Assembly: GCA_963819655.1 (NCBI GenBank)
Contig: CAWFXA010000002.1
Span: forward strand, 1,184,001-1,248,000
Reading direction: 5' to 3'
DNA: 64,000 nucleotides
Origin: an uncultured Chloroflexia bacterium
GTDB taxonomy: Bacteria; Chloroflexota; Limnocylindria; Limnocylindrales; CSP1-4
A model generated the notes under the pieces. The model made no database searches. It saw only the letters and a program-made list of their open reading frames with translations, and had not been told where the DNA came from. Positions 20,583 through 29,820 of the stretch are shown one piece after another; positions within the stretch are counted from its first letter, which is position 1, and the number at the start of each line of letters is the position of its first letter. The position numbers and the translations under genes were made by a program.

Positions 20583-21809
20583 CTAACCGCCGATGCTCGA
20601 GCTGAATTCCTCCCAGATCTCGACGCGGAGCGGGTCGGTCGAAACGTCCTGCGCGCCCTCCAGGCTGCTGACGAGCGCTTGCGGCACGAACACGGTCGGG
20701 TCGTTGAGGATCTCGGGCGCTACGAGGGCCTTCGCCTCGTCGTTGGCGGTCGCATAGCGGTTCGTCTCGGTCTCCTTGGCCTGGATCGCTGGCTCATGGA
20801 TGAAGTTCAACCAGGCGAGACCCGCTTCCGGATGCGGTGCGTCGGAGAGCTGAACCCACGTATCCAGCCAGAAGAGCGTCCCATCCTCGGGGATGATGTA
20901 CTCGATGTCGGCCGTCTCGGGCTCATCGCGGAGGCTCACGACGCCGCCGGTCCATACGAGGCCCATGACGGCCTCCTCGGTGGCGAGCTTGTCGCCGTAG
21001 TCGTTCGAGTCGAGGGCCAGGACGTGTGGGGCAAGGCCCTGCAGGAGCTTGCGCGCCTCCCCGAGCTCCGTCGGGTCGGTCGAGTTGAGCGAGAAGCCGA
21101 GCGCCTTCAGTGGCGCGGTCATGACATCGCCCGCGGACTCCACTATGACGATGCGGCCGGAGTACTTCGGGGCGATCTCGAAGAACTGCTTCCACGTCTT
21201 CACTTCTTCCGTCACGACCTTCTTGCGGACGGCGATCCCGGTCGTGCCCCAGTCCTTCGGGATGTGATAGCCGTTGTACTTCGCGTCCGGCCCATTCGGA
21301 TCGTAGAAGTTCTGGAAGTCCGGGTTGACCAACGCCGCATTGGGGAGGCGGTCGAAGGGCAGCTCGACGATGTAGCCCTTGTCCGCCATCACCTTGACGA
21401 ACTCGGCCGTCGGCGAAGCGATGTCGTACAGCCCGGTCGCTCCGCCATCGAGCTTCGTCAGCAGCGCCTCGTTCGAGTCGTAGATGTCGTAGGTCCAGTC
21501 GGCGATGTTGTAGCGCGCCTTGAACTCCTCGATGTTCTCGAGGTCGATGTACTCGGCCCAGTTGTACATAAACAGCGCGCCCTCGGTCGCGAACGAGGGC
21601 GCGGCCGCGGGCGACGTGCCAGCGGACCCCGCTGCCGACGGCGCAGCGCTCGCCGCGACCGATGCCGCGGGCGAGGGCCCGCCGCCGCCGCTGCACGCCG
21701 CGAGGAATGCGGCGCTGGCCGAAAGCGATCCAGCCTTGAGGATGCCACGCCGGCTCACACGCCCGCGGGACGCCAGCCGCATGATTCGCTCGAACTCCTG
21801 GTCTGTCAC
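20583..21809 (-). CDS. potD: Polyamine ABC substrate-binding lipoprotein (PotD/PotF-like), Tat signal
   Basis: SRRGILK...FLAAC Tat lipoprotein signal; YNWAEYID, YDSNEALLTKL, WGTTGI, PEDGTLFWLD. Confidence 0.85.
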   Translation of the reverse strand: MTDQEFERIMRLASRGRVSRRGILKAGSLSASAAFLAACSGGGGPSPAASVAASAAPSAAGSAGTSPAAAPSFATEGALFMYNWAEYIDLENIEEFKARYNIADWTYDIYDSNEALLTKLDGGATGLYDIASPTAEFVKVMADKGYIVELPFDRLPNAALVNPDFQNFYDPNGPDAKYNGYHIPKDWGTTGIAVRKKVVTEEVKTWKQFFEIAPKYSGRIVIVESAGDVMTAPLKALGFSLNSTDPTELGEARKLLQGLAPHVLALDSNDYGDKLATEEAVMGLVWTGGVVSLRDEPETADIEYIIPEDGTLFWLDTWVQLSDAPHPEAGLAWLNFIHEPAIQAKETETNRYATANDEAKALVAPEILNDPTVFVPQALVSSLEGAQDVSTDPLRVEIWEEFSSSIGG

Positions 21810-21851
21810 GATCGATCTCCTCCTCCCGGTCGACCCGGGACCTGGCGAACC

Positions 21852-23036
21852 TCATCCCGCGAGGATGAGGTTCGCCTCCTCCTGCCACCGGACGACCACT
21901 GGGTCACCCGGACCGACCCCTGGGGCGCCCCCGGCGCCCGCGGCGTTCTGATGGCGGACGATCACCTCGCCCGCCTCCTCCGTTGCAACGCGGTATTCCG
22001 TCTGGTCGCCAAGGTACGTACCCTGCTGGACGCGACCTCGGATCTGTGCCGTGCCCGGCGCTGCGGCAGTGGCCTCCTCCTCGGGGACGACCTCGAGCCG
22101 TTCGGGACGTGTGACCACCACGACGACATCCCCGGCGGTCGGTCGAGCGTCGGGGTCCGTGACGCGCCCGCGCAGCGACAACCCACGATTGGTGCGAACG
22201 ACGACCCGCCCATCGCCGTCGCCCTCGACGACCGTCGCGTCCATGAAGTTCGAGGTCCCGATGAAGTCCGCAACGAACCGGTTGACCGGTCGTTCGTACA
22301 GGATCGTCGGGTCGCCCTTCTGCTGGACGACGCCGTCGCGCATCACGACGATCACATCGCTCATCGTCAGCGCCTCTTCCTGGTCATGGGTCACGTAGAC
22401 GAACGTGATCCCGACTTCGCGCTGCAGCGCCTTGAGCTCGAGTTGCATCTCCTTGCGGAGCTTCAGGTCCAGGGCGCCGAGCGGCTCGTCGAGCAACAGC
22501 ACGGTCGGCCGATTGACCAGTGCCCGAGCGAGGGCGACGCGCTGCTGCTGGCCGCCGGACATCTCCCAGGTGCGGCGCTTGCCGTATCCGGTGAGGCGCA
22601 CGAGGTCGAGCGCTTCGGCGACGCGCCGGCCCTCCTCCTTCTTTTCGACCTTGCGCTGCCGGAGGCCGTAGCCGACGTTCTGGTTCACGTCCATGTGCGG
22701 GAACAACGCGTAATGCTGGAAGACCGTGTTGACATTGCGCCGGTACGGGGGGACGCCCGCGATCGGCTGCCCGGCCAGGAGGATCTCGCCCTCGGTCGGC
22801 TGCTCGAACCCCGCGATCATCCTGAGCGTGGTCGTCTTGCCGCAGCCGGATGGCCCAAGCAGCGAGTAGAACTCGCCGCGTTCGATCGAGAGGTCCATGT
22901 GGTCGACGGCCGTGACCGTATCGAACCGTTTGGTGACTCCCTGGATCAGGACGTCGGGGGCGTCCGTCGCGCGTGAGGCATGCGGCTCGACGGTGGAACC
23001 GTCAGGCCGAGCGTCGATCGTCGGGGAAGCGGTCAA
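21852..23036 (-). CDS. potA: Polyamine ABC ATPase (PotA-like); TTG start chosen from SD GAGGA
   Basis: GPSGCGKTT, VPPYRRNVNTVFQHYALFPH, MSGGQQQR, LLDEPLGALD, TOBE tail. Confidence 0.88.
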   Translation of the reverse strand: MTASPTIDARPDGSTVEPHASRATDAPDVLIQGVTKRFDTVTAVDHMDLSIERGEFYSLLGPSGCGKTTTLRMIAGFEQPTEGEILLAGQPIAGVPPYRRNVNTVFQHYALFPHMDVNQNVGYGLRQRKVEKKEEGRRVAEALDLVRLTGYGKRRTWEMSGGQQQRVALARALVNRPTVLLLDEPLGALDLKLRKEMQLELKALQREVGITFVYVTHDQEEALTMSDVIVVMRDGVVQQKGDPTILYERPVNRFVADFIGTSNFMDATVVEGDGDGRVVVRTNRGLSLRGRVTDPDARPTAGDVVVVVTRPERLEVVPEEEATAAAPGTAQIRGRVQQGTYLGDQTEYRVATEEAGEVIVRHQNAAGAGGAPGVGPGDPVVVRWQEEANLILAG

Positions 23037-23079
23037 CGGCGGTCCTCGCGCGATGGTGCCGGGCATCGAGCATCGGTCG

Positions 23080-23096
23080 CTGTAGCACGGCTACAG
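23080..23096. promoter_or_regulatory. Candidate operator (inverted repeat) upstream of potA
   Basis: CTGTAGC-ACG-GCTACAG perfect inverted repeat. Confidence 0.4.
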
Positions 23097-23192
23097 GCCC
23101 CCGCATCCTAGGGGCCATGCCCGCGCTCGTCAACGCGGCCATCGTTCGAATCTCGCAGCGGCAGACCCTTGCGACGTGCTGTCATCGTGGCA

Positions 23193-23213
23193 TCCTGAAC
23201 CTATACTTCAGGA
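23193..23213. promoter_or_regulatory. Candidate operator overlapping the -10 box of the XRE-cupin gene
   Basis: TCCTGAA-CCTATAC-TTCAGGA, containing TATACT (23202-23207). Confidence 0.55.
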
Positions 23214-23252
23214 ACCCGAAGTCGAGCGCGTGCAGCAGAGGATGCCAGCGCA

Positions 23253-23807
23253 TTGGTCACGGAGCTCCAACTCGGGACCCGCATCCGGACCCTCCGGCGG
23301 GCTCGCCGGCTGACCCTGCGCGACGTTGCGGAGCGTGCCGGCGTCACGGAGAGCTTCCTCTCCCAGGTCGAGCGCGACGTCACGAGCCCGTCGATCGCCA
23401 CGGTCCAGCGCATCGCCCGCGCGCTCGATCTGTCGATCGCCCAGCTGTTCGCCTACGACGCCGACACAGGCCGCGTCGTTCGGCGCGAAGCACGCCGGAG
23501 GGTCGAATATCCTGGCCTGAAGGCCGTCGACGAGTTCCTGACGTCGAACCTCGCCGGTCGGCTCCAGGTGATCATGTCGACCATCGAGGCCGGTGGAGGC
23601 ACAGGCGCCGACCCGTATACCCATGAGTCCGATGAGGAGACCGTCATCGTCCTGACCGGTGTGCTCGACCTGTGGGTCGGCGACGAGCACTACGTCCTGC
23701 GCGAGGGCGATGCGATCACGTTCCCGTCGCGCGTGCCGCACTGGAATACCAACACCGGCACCGACCCGGCGACGGTCCTCTTCTGCATGACGCCGCCGAG
23801 CTTCTGA
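23253..23807 (+). CDS. XRE-family HTH + cupin regulator (PuuR-like)
   Basis: LGTRIRTLRR..LTLRDVAERAGVTESFLSQVERDVTSPSIAT; cupin YTHESDEE...GDAITFPSRVPH; divergent from pot operon. Confidence 0.88.
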   Translation: MVTELQLGTRIRTLRRARRLTLRDVAERAGVTESFLSQVERDVTSPSIATVQRIARALDLSIAQLFAYDADTGRVVRREARRRVEYPGLKAVDEFLTSNLAGRLQVIMSTIEAGGGTGADPYTHESDEETVIVLTGVLDLWVGDEHYVLREGDAITFPSRVPHWNTNTGTDPATVLFCMTPPSF

Positions 23808-23887
23808 CCCGGTCCGGTGCCACGCGGCACCGGGCTGGGACCATCGGGTCGGCACGGGGGGTGGCGCCCGGGCAGTAGGCTTGTCCC

Positions 23888-24769
23888 ATGGAACGACGTC
23901 TGGCGGTGCGCGGACGCGCCCATCGCCTCGTGCTCGCCGGAACGCTCGGCGCCGCCCTTCTCGGGGCGATGCCGTGGTCCGCCGCGGCCGACGAGTCGTC
24001 CCCGCCGGAGTCCTCGGAACCGACGGCGACCACCGAACCGACGCCTAGCCCGACCGCTTCCCCGGAACCCACCCCTGCCCCTGCCGCGGCCCCGGAGCCA
24101 ACGACGGCGCCAGCCTCGGATCCGACGGAGACGCCTTCCCCGGCGACGCACACGCCGGACCCGACTGCGACACCGACGCCATCGCCGCCGTCCTATTCGC
24201 TCGCCAGCATCAACCTGTATCGGTCGACGGCGATGGTCCGCCAGTACACCAACTACTGGTGCGTGCCGGCCACCGTCCAGTCCATGGCCAACCTGATCCT
24301 GCGCACGAGCAACCGGAGCTACTCTCGGCAGGGCTACATCTACAAGCTCACGCGGCTGCACAACCGCTACCGGTACGTCACCAAGGGCAACGACCCGCAA
24401 GGCTGGGCGTGGTCCCTCCGGTACTTCACTGGTGGCCGGAACTACCAGGCGCGCGCGTACTCCGACAAGACCGCCGCGATCAACTCGATCGCAGCCTCGA
24501 TCGGCAGGACGAAGCACCCGGTCGGGGTCACCGTCTACGCGGGCACCCACGCCTGGGTGGTGCTCGGCTACAAGCAGACTTACGACCGCGACGAACCCTC
24601 GAAGAAGACGCTCCTCGGCCTGTATGTGAGCGGTCCGCTGGGGACGACGCGCGACCGCTGGCCCTACAAGTACCTCACCGTCGCCCAGTTCCGCGAGGTC
24701 TTCACGCGCTATCACGAGTGGCAGCGCAGCGTGCCCTGGGAGGGCAAGTGGGTGGTCGTCGCCCAGTGA
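23888..24769 (+). CDS. Secreted protein: Pro/Thr linker + papain-fold (C39-like) domain
   Basis: Signal peptide ending SAAA; QYTNYWCVPAT (Q, C) and THAWVVLGY (H). Confidence 0.65.
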   Translation: MERRLAVRGRAHRLVLAGTLGAALLGAMPWSAAADESSPPESSEPTATTEPTPSPTASPEPTPAPAAAPEPTTAPASDPTETPSPATHTPDPTATPTPSPPSYSLASINLYRSTAMVRQYTNYWCVPATVQSMANLILRTSNRSYSRQGYIYKLTRLHNRYRYVTKGNDPQGWAWSLRYFTGGRNYQARAYSDKTAAINSIAASIGRTKHPVGVTVYAGTHAWVVLGYKQTYDRDEPSKKTLLGLYVSGPLGTTRDRWPYKYLTVAQFREVFTRYHEWQRSVPWEGKWVVVAQ

Positions 24770-24825
24770 CCTGACCGCAGGCGTCAGGCCCGAGGGCCGG
24801 TCGGCGGCGCTACGATGACCGGCGC

Positions 24826-25893
24826 ATGTATGCCGTCATCATGGCCGGCGGCGGCGGGACCCGGCTCCACCCGCTGAGTCGCCCCGAGCGTCCCAAGCCC
24901 TTCCTGCCCCTCGTCGGCGAGGAGACCCTCCTCCAGGCGACCGACCGGCGCCTGCGTGCGCTGACCGCTGACATCACGGTCGTCACCGATCGGCGTTACG
25001 AGCGGCTCGTCCGCGACCAGGTGCCGGGCGCCGCACTGCTGCTCGAGCCGATGGGGAGGAACACCGCCGCGGCGATCACCCTGGCGACCGCGGCGATCGA
25101 TCGCCCGGCCGACGAGGTCATGCTCGTGATCCCGGCCGACGCCTACATCGAGCCTGCTCGCGAAGGCGTGTACCAGGACGTGCTCCGCTCTGCGGCCGAG
25201 CATCTTGCGACCGGCGCCTTCGGCATCGAGGATCCGCTCGTGACCCTGGGGACGCAGGTGACGCGGCCGGCGACCGAGTACGGGTACCTGTTGCCCAAGC
25301 TCGCGGAGCGAGCCGACGTCGGCGGCCTCGAGGCGTACCCGCTCAGCGCATTCGAGGAGAAGCCCAAGCCGGCTCGCGCCGAGGACCTGTTCGAGCGCGT
25401 CCCGGGCGCGGCGTGGAACGCCGGCATGTTCCTGTGGCGACGCCGCGCCATCAGGGCGGCCCTCCTGCGCTACACGGGTCTCGTCCAGTCGCTCGAGCCG
25501 ATGGCCGGAGCACCCCAGCTTCTCGAGAAGGCCTACGAGGCGATCCAGCACGCTCTATCGATCGACCACGCGGTCATGGAGGGAGCGGCACGCAACGGCC
25601 AGGTCGTCATGGCGTCGATGGACGTCGGCTGGTCGGATCTCGGGTCCTGGACGGCACTGCTGGCGGCCAACGGAGCGCGCGGCGAGGGTGCCGTCGTCCA
25701 ACCCGGAGAGACCATCTCGGTCGAGGGTGACGACCTTATCGTCCGCAGGGTCGCCGGCCGGCTTGGCGTCATCGCGCCACCAGAGCGCGGTAGCATGACA
25801 GCGGCGCAACCGATCGCCGTGCTGCGCGGGTCGGCGCCCGACGTCGACATCGTCAACGCCCTCATTGACCGCTGCGCGCAGGCTGGAGGCTGA
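24826..25893 (+). CDS. manC: Mannose-1-phosphate guanylyltransferase
   Basis: VIMAGGGGTRLHPLSRPERPKPF, EPMGRNTA, EYGY, FEEKP, WNAGMF, SIDHAVME, GWSDLGSW. Confidence 0.9.
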   Translation: MYAVIMAGGGGTRLHPLSRPERPKPFLPLVGEETLLQATDRRLRALTADITVVTDRRYERLVRDQVPGAALLLEPMGRNTAAAITLATAAIDRPADEVMLVIPADAYIEPAREGVYQDVLRSAAEHLATGAFGIEDPLVTLGTQVTRPATEYGYLLPKLAERADVGGLEAYPLSAFEEKPKPARAEDLFERVPGAAWNAGMFLWRRRAIRAALLRYTGLVQSLEPMAGAPQLLEKAYEAIQHALSIDHAVMEGAARNGQVVMASMDVGWSDLGSWTALLAANGARGEGAVVQPGETISVEGDDLIVRRVAGRLGVIAPPERGSMTAAQPIAVLRGSAPDVDIVNALIDRCAQAGG

Positions 25894-27375
25894 GTGTCCA
25901 CGACCGCCGGCGCGTCTGCACCGACCTCGATCGTCTTTGGGACGGACGGCTGGCGGGCCCGCATCGCCGACGAGTTCACGTTCGACAACGTCCGCCGCTG
26001 CGCCGACGGCGTGGCCCACTACGTGACCGAGCAACGGGCCACCGCCAAGGGTGTGGTCGTGGCGTTCGACCGGCGGTTCGCCTCGGAGCACTTCGCCGAA
26101 GCGGCCGCGGAGGTCCTCCTCGCCCACGACATCCCGGTCGCCCTTGCCGCTCACGCGGTCCCGACGCAGATGAGCTCGTTCGAAGTGGTCACGCGGGGCT
26201 CGGCCGCGGGAATCGTCATCACGGCCAGCCACAACCCGTGGGTCGACAACGGGTTCAAGGTCAAGGCCCCGAGCGGGGCCGCGGCCGGATCCGAGATCCT
26301 GGGGGTCATCGAGGCACGCTTGGCGGTCAATGGCGGGCAGCCCATCGATCGCCGGCCCCTCGCCGACGGGGAGAGTGCCGGGCTCGTGGAGCGGTTCGAT
26401 CCGTTCGATGGCTACGAGCAGTTCGTGCGGCGGACCGTCGATCTCGATGCGCTCCGCGGGGCGGACGTGTCGGTCCTGGTCGACCCGCTGTACGGCGCCG
26501 GGGCCGGCTGGATCAGCCGGTTGCTCGGCGGCGGTCGCATCCGGATCCGCGAGATCCACCAGGAACGCAACCCGTACTTCGGTGGCCTCAACCCGGAGCC
26601 GATCCGCCCGAACATCGACGAGGCGCTGCGTCTCACGGTCGAGGGTGGCCACGACCTGGCGCTGCTGCTCGACGGGGATGCCGACCGGGCGGGCGCGGCG
26701 GACGAGAAGGGCACCTTCATCCACCAGCTCCAGGTCACGGGCCTCCTGATGTACTACCTCGCCGAGCACCGCGGCTGGCGCGATCCGGTCGTCGTCAGCG
26801 TCAACAACACCTCGATGGCTGCCCGCCTGGGGGAGCGCCATGGGATCGCCACGTACGAGACGCCGGTCGGGTTCAAGTTCATCGGCCCGAAGATGATCGA
26901 GACAGGCGCGATGATGGGCGGCGAGGAGTCGGGCGGGTTTGGCTTCGGCATGCATCTCCCGGAGCGCGACGGGATCTACGCCGACCTGTTGCTGCTGGAT
27001 CTGTTCCTGCGCGAGAAGGCCGCTGGGCGCTGGCCGGTGTCGCGCGTGCTGGAGCATTTCCATTCGATCGCCGGCCCGTCGTTCTATCGCCGCACCGACG
27101 TCCACGTCGACCGCGCGGAGTATCCCGAGGTCAAGCGACGTCTGCTGGTCGACCTGGCTGCCCAGGGTCCCGCCCAGCTGGCGGGGCGACCGGTCGCGCG
27201 GACCGTCGCGCTCGAGACCGGGGACGGGTCCAAATTCTTCCTCGACGATGGCTCGTGGCTGCTGATCCGGGCATCCGGCACCGAGCCACTCGTGCGCGTC
27301 TACACCGAGGCGACCTCGGCCGACGCGCGCGACGCGATGCTCGCGGCCGGCGAGCGGCTGGTCCGCGGCTCGTGA
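25894..27375 (+). CDS. Phosphomannomutase/phosphoglucomutase
   Basis: FGTDGWR, TASHNP, DGDADR, GGEESGG, RASGTEP. Confidence 0.92.
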   Translation: MSTTAGASAPTSIVFGTDGWRARIADEFTFDNVRRCADGVAHYVTEQRATAKGVVVAFDRRFASEHFAEAAAEVLLAHDIPVALAAHAVPTQMSSFEVVTRGSAAGIVITASHNPWVDNGFKVKAPSGAAAGSEILGVIEARLAVNGGQPIDRRPLADGESAGLVERFDPFDGYEQFVRRTVDLDALRGADVSVLVDPLYGAGAGWISRLLGGGRIRIREIHQERNPYFGGLNPEPIRPNIDEALRLTVEGGHDLALLLDGDADRAGAADEKGTFIHQLQVTGLLMYYLAEHRGWRDPVVVSVNNTSMAARLGERHGIATYETPVGFKFIGPKMIETGAMMGGEESGGFGFGMHLPERDGIYADLLLLDLFLREKAAGRWPVSRVLEHFHSIAGPSFYRRTDVHVDRAEYPEVKRRLLVDLAAQGPAQLAGRPVARTVALETGDGSKFFLDDGSWLLIRASGTEPLVRVYTEATSADARDAMLAAGERLVRGS

Positions 27376-27734
27376 CCGGTCGCCGTGTCGACAAGCCGTG
27401 GGGCCACGAGCTCATCTGGGCGCACACCGATCGCTACGTCGGGAAGATCCTCGTGATCGAGACAGGCAAGCGCCTGTCGCTCCAGCGCCATGAGATCAAG
27501 GACGAATCGATCCTCGTCCACTCGGGCCGGCTCCGCCTGTACCTGGAGGACGAGGACGGCACGCTCCAGGCCCACGACCTGGAGGCAGGCGAGTCCCGCC
27601 GCATCCCCACCGGCCGGGTCCATCGCTTCGAAGCACTCGAACGCTGCGAGCTGATCGAGGTCTCCACGCCCGAGCTCGACGACGTCATCCGGCTCGAGGA
27701 CGACTTCGGCCGGGAGGGGACGAACGCGCCCTGA
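27372..27734 (+). CDS. Stand-alone cupin (type II mannose-6-phosphate isomerase-like)
   Basis: GTG overlaps upstream stop; VDKPWGHE, GKRLSLQRH..KDE, EVSTPELDDVIRLEDDFGR. Confidence 0.85.
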   Translation: MTGRRVDKPWGHELIWAHTDRYVGKILVIETGKRLSLQRHEIKDESILVHSGRLRLYLEDEDGTLQAHDLEAGESRRIPTGRVHRFEALERCELIEVSTPELDDVIRLEDDFGREGTNAP

Positions 27735-27869
27735 CCGAGAGGACAATTCGGGGGTGACCTGGATGGGTCGGCGGTGTAGGCTTCAGGGACGCGACCGCCA
27801 TCACCGGTCGAAGGTGCAGACCGGACGGCGGCCTCGAGAGCGCCTATATGGCGACGGAGGATGCACGAG

Positions 27870-28148
27870 ATGCACAGTTCTCTGATCGGCAAGGTCGAGA
27901 AGGCGAATCGTTATGCGCGAGAGCTCGATCGAATGACCATCGATCGCCTCTCGCTCACGTTTCGCGGCGACAACGACACGCACCATGTCGCGCTCGAAGC
28001 CGGTCAGTGGCGTTGCACCTGCCACTATTTCGAGAGTTGGGGGTCGTGCGTCCACCTCCTGACCTTGCAGAAGGTCTTCGGGGTGATGCTGCCCGAGGAC
28101 GCGCAGGTCTCCATCTTCGCCGCCGGACAACCGGTCGCCTCGACCTGA
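27870..28148 (+). CDS. Small SWIM zinc-finger protein (start 27861 or 27870)
   Basis: SD GGAGG; CTC-x8-CVH SWIM motif. Confidence 0.75.
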   Translation: MHSSLIGKVEKANRYARELDRMTIDRLSLTFRGDNDTHHVALEAGQWRCTCHYFESWGSCVHLLTLQKVFGVMLPEDAQVSIFAAGQPVAST

Positions 28149-28213
28149 TCCCGCGTGTCGCCGGACGCCCCGAGCGGGCGCCCGTGACCCTCACATGACC
28201 TCATGCGTGACTC

Positions 28214-28762
28214 TCACGTGACGTCCAGCCGCCAGAAGTAGCTCGCGTCGCCGACGCCGCCGTCGAACACCACGTGGACCTCGACGGTCCACGAGCCGGC
28301 CGCGGGCGCCCCGAACGATGGACTGCCATTGCCCTCGCCCAGGACGCTCGCACCGGCGGGACCGTCCGCGGTCGACGGGACCGAGCGTGCCCGCCATGTC
28401 GCCACGGCAGCCGGCGAGGGGAACGTCACCATCAGCGGCTCGCCGGCGCCCACGGCGATCGGCGCTCCGGGCAGCCACGGACTGTCGGATCCACCGTCGC
28501 CCCAGACGTATGTCCCGAGCTGGCCGGTGACAGGATCGCCGCCCTCGGCCGCCAGCTGCGCGGCTGGCGGGCCATCGGCAGTGCCGGTCTCGGTGGGCGC
28601 CGGGGTCGGGACCGGCGCGGGGGGCGGGGACATGGATGGCGTGGATGGCACGGGAGAAGCCGTCGCGAGTGCCGGCCCGGTCGGCGAAGGCGATGGCACA
28701 CCACTTGACGAGCAACCCGCCATCACCAGGACGAGCGGAAGGAGAGCGCGGCGGCGCGACAT
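28214..28762 (-). CDS. Putative lipoprotein with Pro/Ser/Thr linker
   Basis: MSRRRALLPLVLVMAGC lipobox; SD GGAGG. Confidence 0.7.
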   Translation of the reverse strand: MSRRRALLPLVLVMAGCSSSGVPSPSPTGPALATASPVPSTPSMSPPPAPVPTPAPTETGTADGPPAAQLAAEGGDPVTGQLGTYVWGDGGSDSPWLPGAPIAVGAGEPLMVTFPSPAAVATWRARSVPSTADGPAGASVLGEGNGSPSFGAPAAGSWTVEVHVVFDGGVGDASYFWRLDVT

Positions 28763-28785
28763 CGTGAACCTCCGTTGACGGTCCA

Positions 28786-29820
28786 TCAGGGTTGCGGGCA
28801 ACCCGCGGTGCACGGCGCGACCGTCACACGGACGATCGGGCTCGTATCGCCCCGGAGGCCCTCGTCGGTCGGCGTGGAGAACAGGGCGCGGAGATCGGCG
28901 GTGGCATACAGCCGGAGGCTGGCGACGTACGTGCCGGCGGTCGCGGAGGATGTGAGCGTCACGAGGTTCGTCCAGGTCGAGGAACCGATCGCCCGCCGCT
29001 GGAGACGGACCGTCTGCTTGCCGATCGGGTTCGCGCTCAACCGTCCGTACGCCGTGTTCGTGGTCACCTTCAGATAGGCGGTGATATCGACGAGCGCTCC
29101 GTATGGGATCGACGTGTCACTGATGCTGAGGGTCAGGACCGTCGATAGATCCAGGCAGGTCGAGTACGGCGACGACAGGGTCGGCACGTCATATCGGATC
29201 TGGAGTGTTGCGCTGTCGCAGACGCCGTAGACGTGCATGTTCCAACCGGTCTTCGGGCGGGTCCGGGAGAAGGTCTGAACGACCGCGTCGGTGTAGTCGC
29301 TCTCGTCGGCGAAGTTCACATGATGGTTGAGGATCTCGACGTGCCCGAACTCGTCGAGGGCGATCGTCTCCGCGTCGTAGCAGCCGTTCGTGGGCACCGA
29401 CTGCATCTGGCACCAGCGCAGCGTGCCCCAGTCGAACGGGCGGCCATGCTCTCGGAGCCACATCGTGAAGCCGGTCGGGGCGGTCCGTGTGAAACAGCCG
29501 ATCCCATTCACGCCACAGGTCCCTGTCCCATAGCCGATGAGGTTGGACCCCGATGAGTCGTAGACGAAGGTCGCCGCTTGTGAGGCGCGACTGGCGTTGC
29601 TGTCGTCCGCCGCAGCGCGGATCGCGGTCTTGATCGCGGCAGGTGGCTCCGAGCCCGATCGCCAGCGGAACAGCAGTCGCTGATCCTGGCCGAACAGACC
29701 GCCCGACAGGCTCGGGTCCGGTGAGTGGGCGGCTGTCGGTGCAGCGACGCTGAGCGCGACCGACGCGGTGAGGAGGATCGCTACCCGCAGGATGGACGGG
29801 CGACGGTGCAGCTCGATCAT
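28786..29820 (-). CDS. Secreted matrixin/metzincin-like protein with variant motif DEFGHVEILNH + C-terminal Ig-like domain
   Basis: Signal peptide ending TAAH; Y-D-x-E-T-I-A-L-DEFGH aligns with matrixin D-L-x-x-V-A-x-HEFGH. Confidence 0.6.
   Translation of the reverse strand: MIELHRRPSILRVAILLTASVALSVAAPTAAHSPDPSLSGGLFGQDQRLLFRWRSGSEPPAAIKTAIRAAADDSNASRASQAATFVYDSSGSNLIGYGTGTCGVNGIGCFTRTAPTGFTMWLREHGRPFDWGTLRWCQMQSVPTNGCYDAETIALDEFGHVEILNHHVNFADESDYTDAVVQTFSRTRPKTGWNMHVYGVCDSATLQIRYDVPTLSSPYSTCLDLSTVLTLSISDTSIPYGALVDITAYLKVTTNTAYGRLSANPIGKQTVRLQRRAIGSSTWTNLVTLTSSATAGTYVASLRLYATADLRALFSTPTDEGLRGDTSPIVRVTVAPCTAGCPQP

Noticed and set aside
19629-22976. 1115-aa plus-strand ORF and many other long antisense or alternate-frame ORFs
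   Set aside because: Shadow ORFs of high-GC genes: Arg/Pro/Gly-rich, no motifs, and fully overlapping well-supported genes.
24826-27734. Split manC / cupin arrangement
   Set aside because: Stand-alone type II PMI-like cupins next to manC/manB are common.
28172-28225. GCGGGCGCCCGT palindrome (also near 44194) and TGAC(C/T)nTCA direct repeats between convergent genes
   Set aside because: Short and GC-rich. Chance occurrence or a simple terminator-like hairpin explains it.
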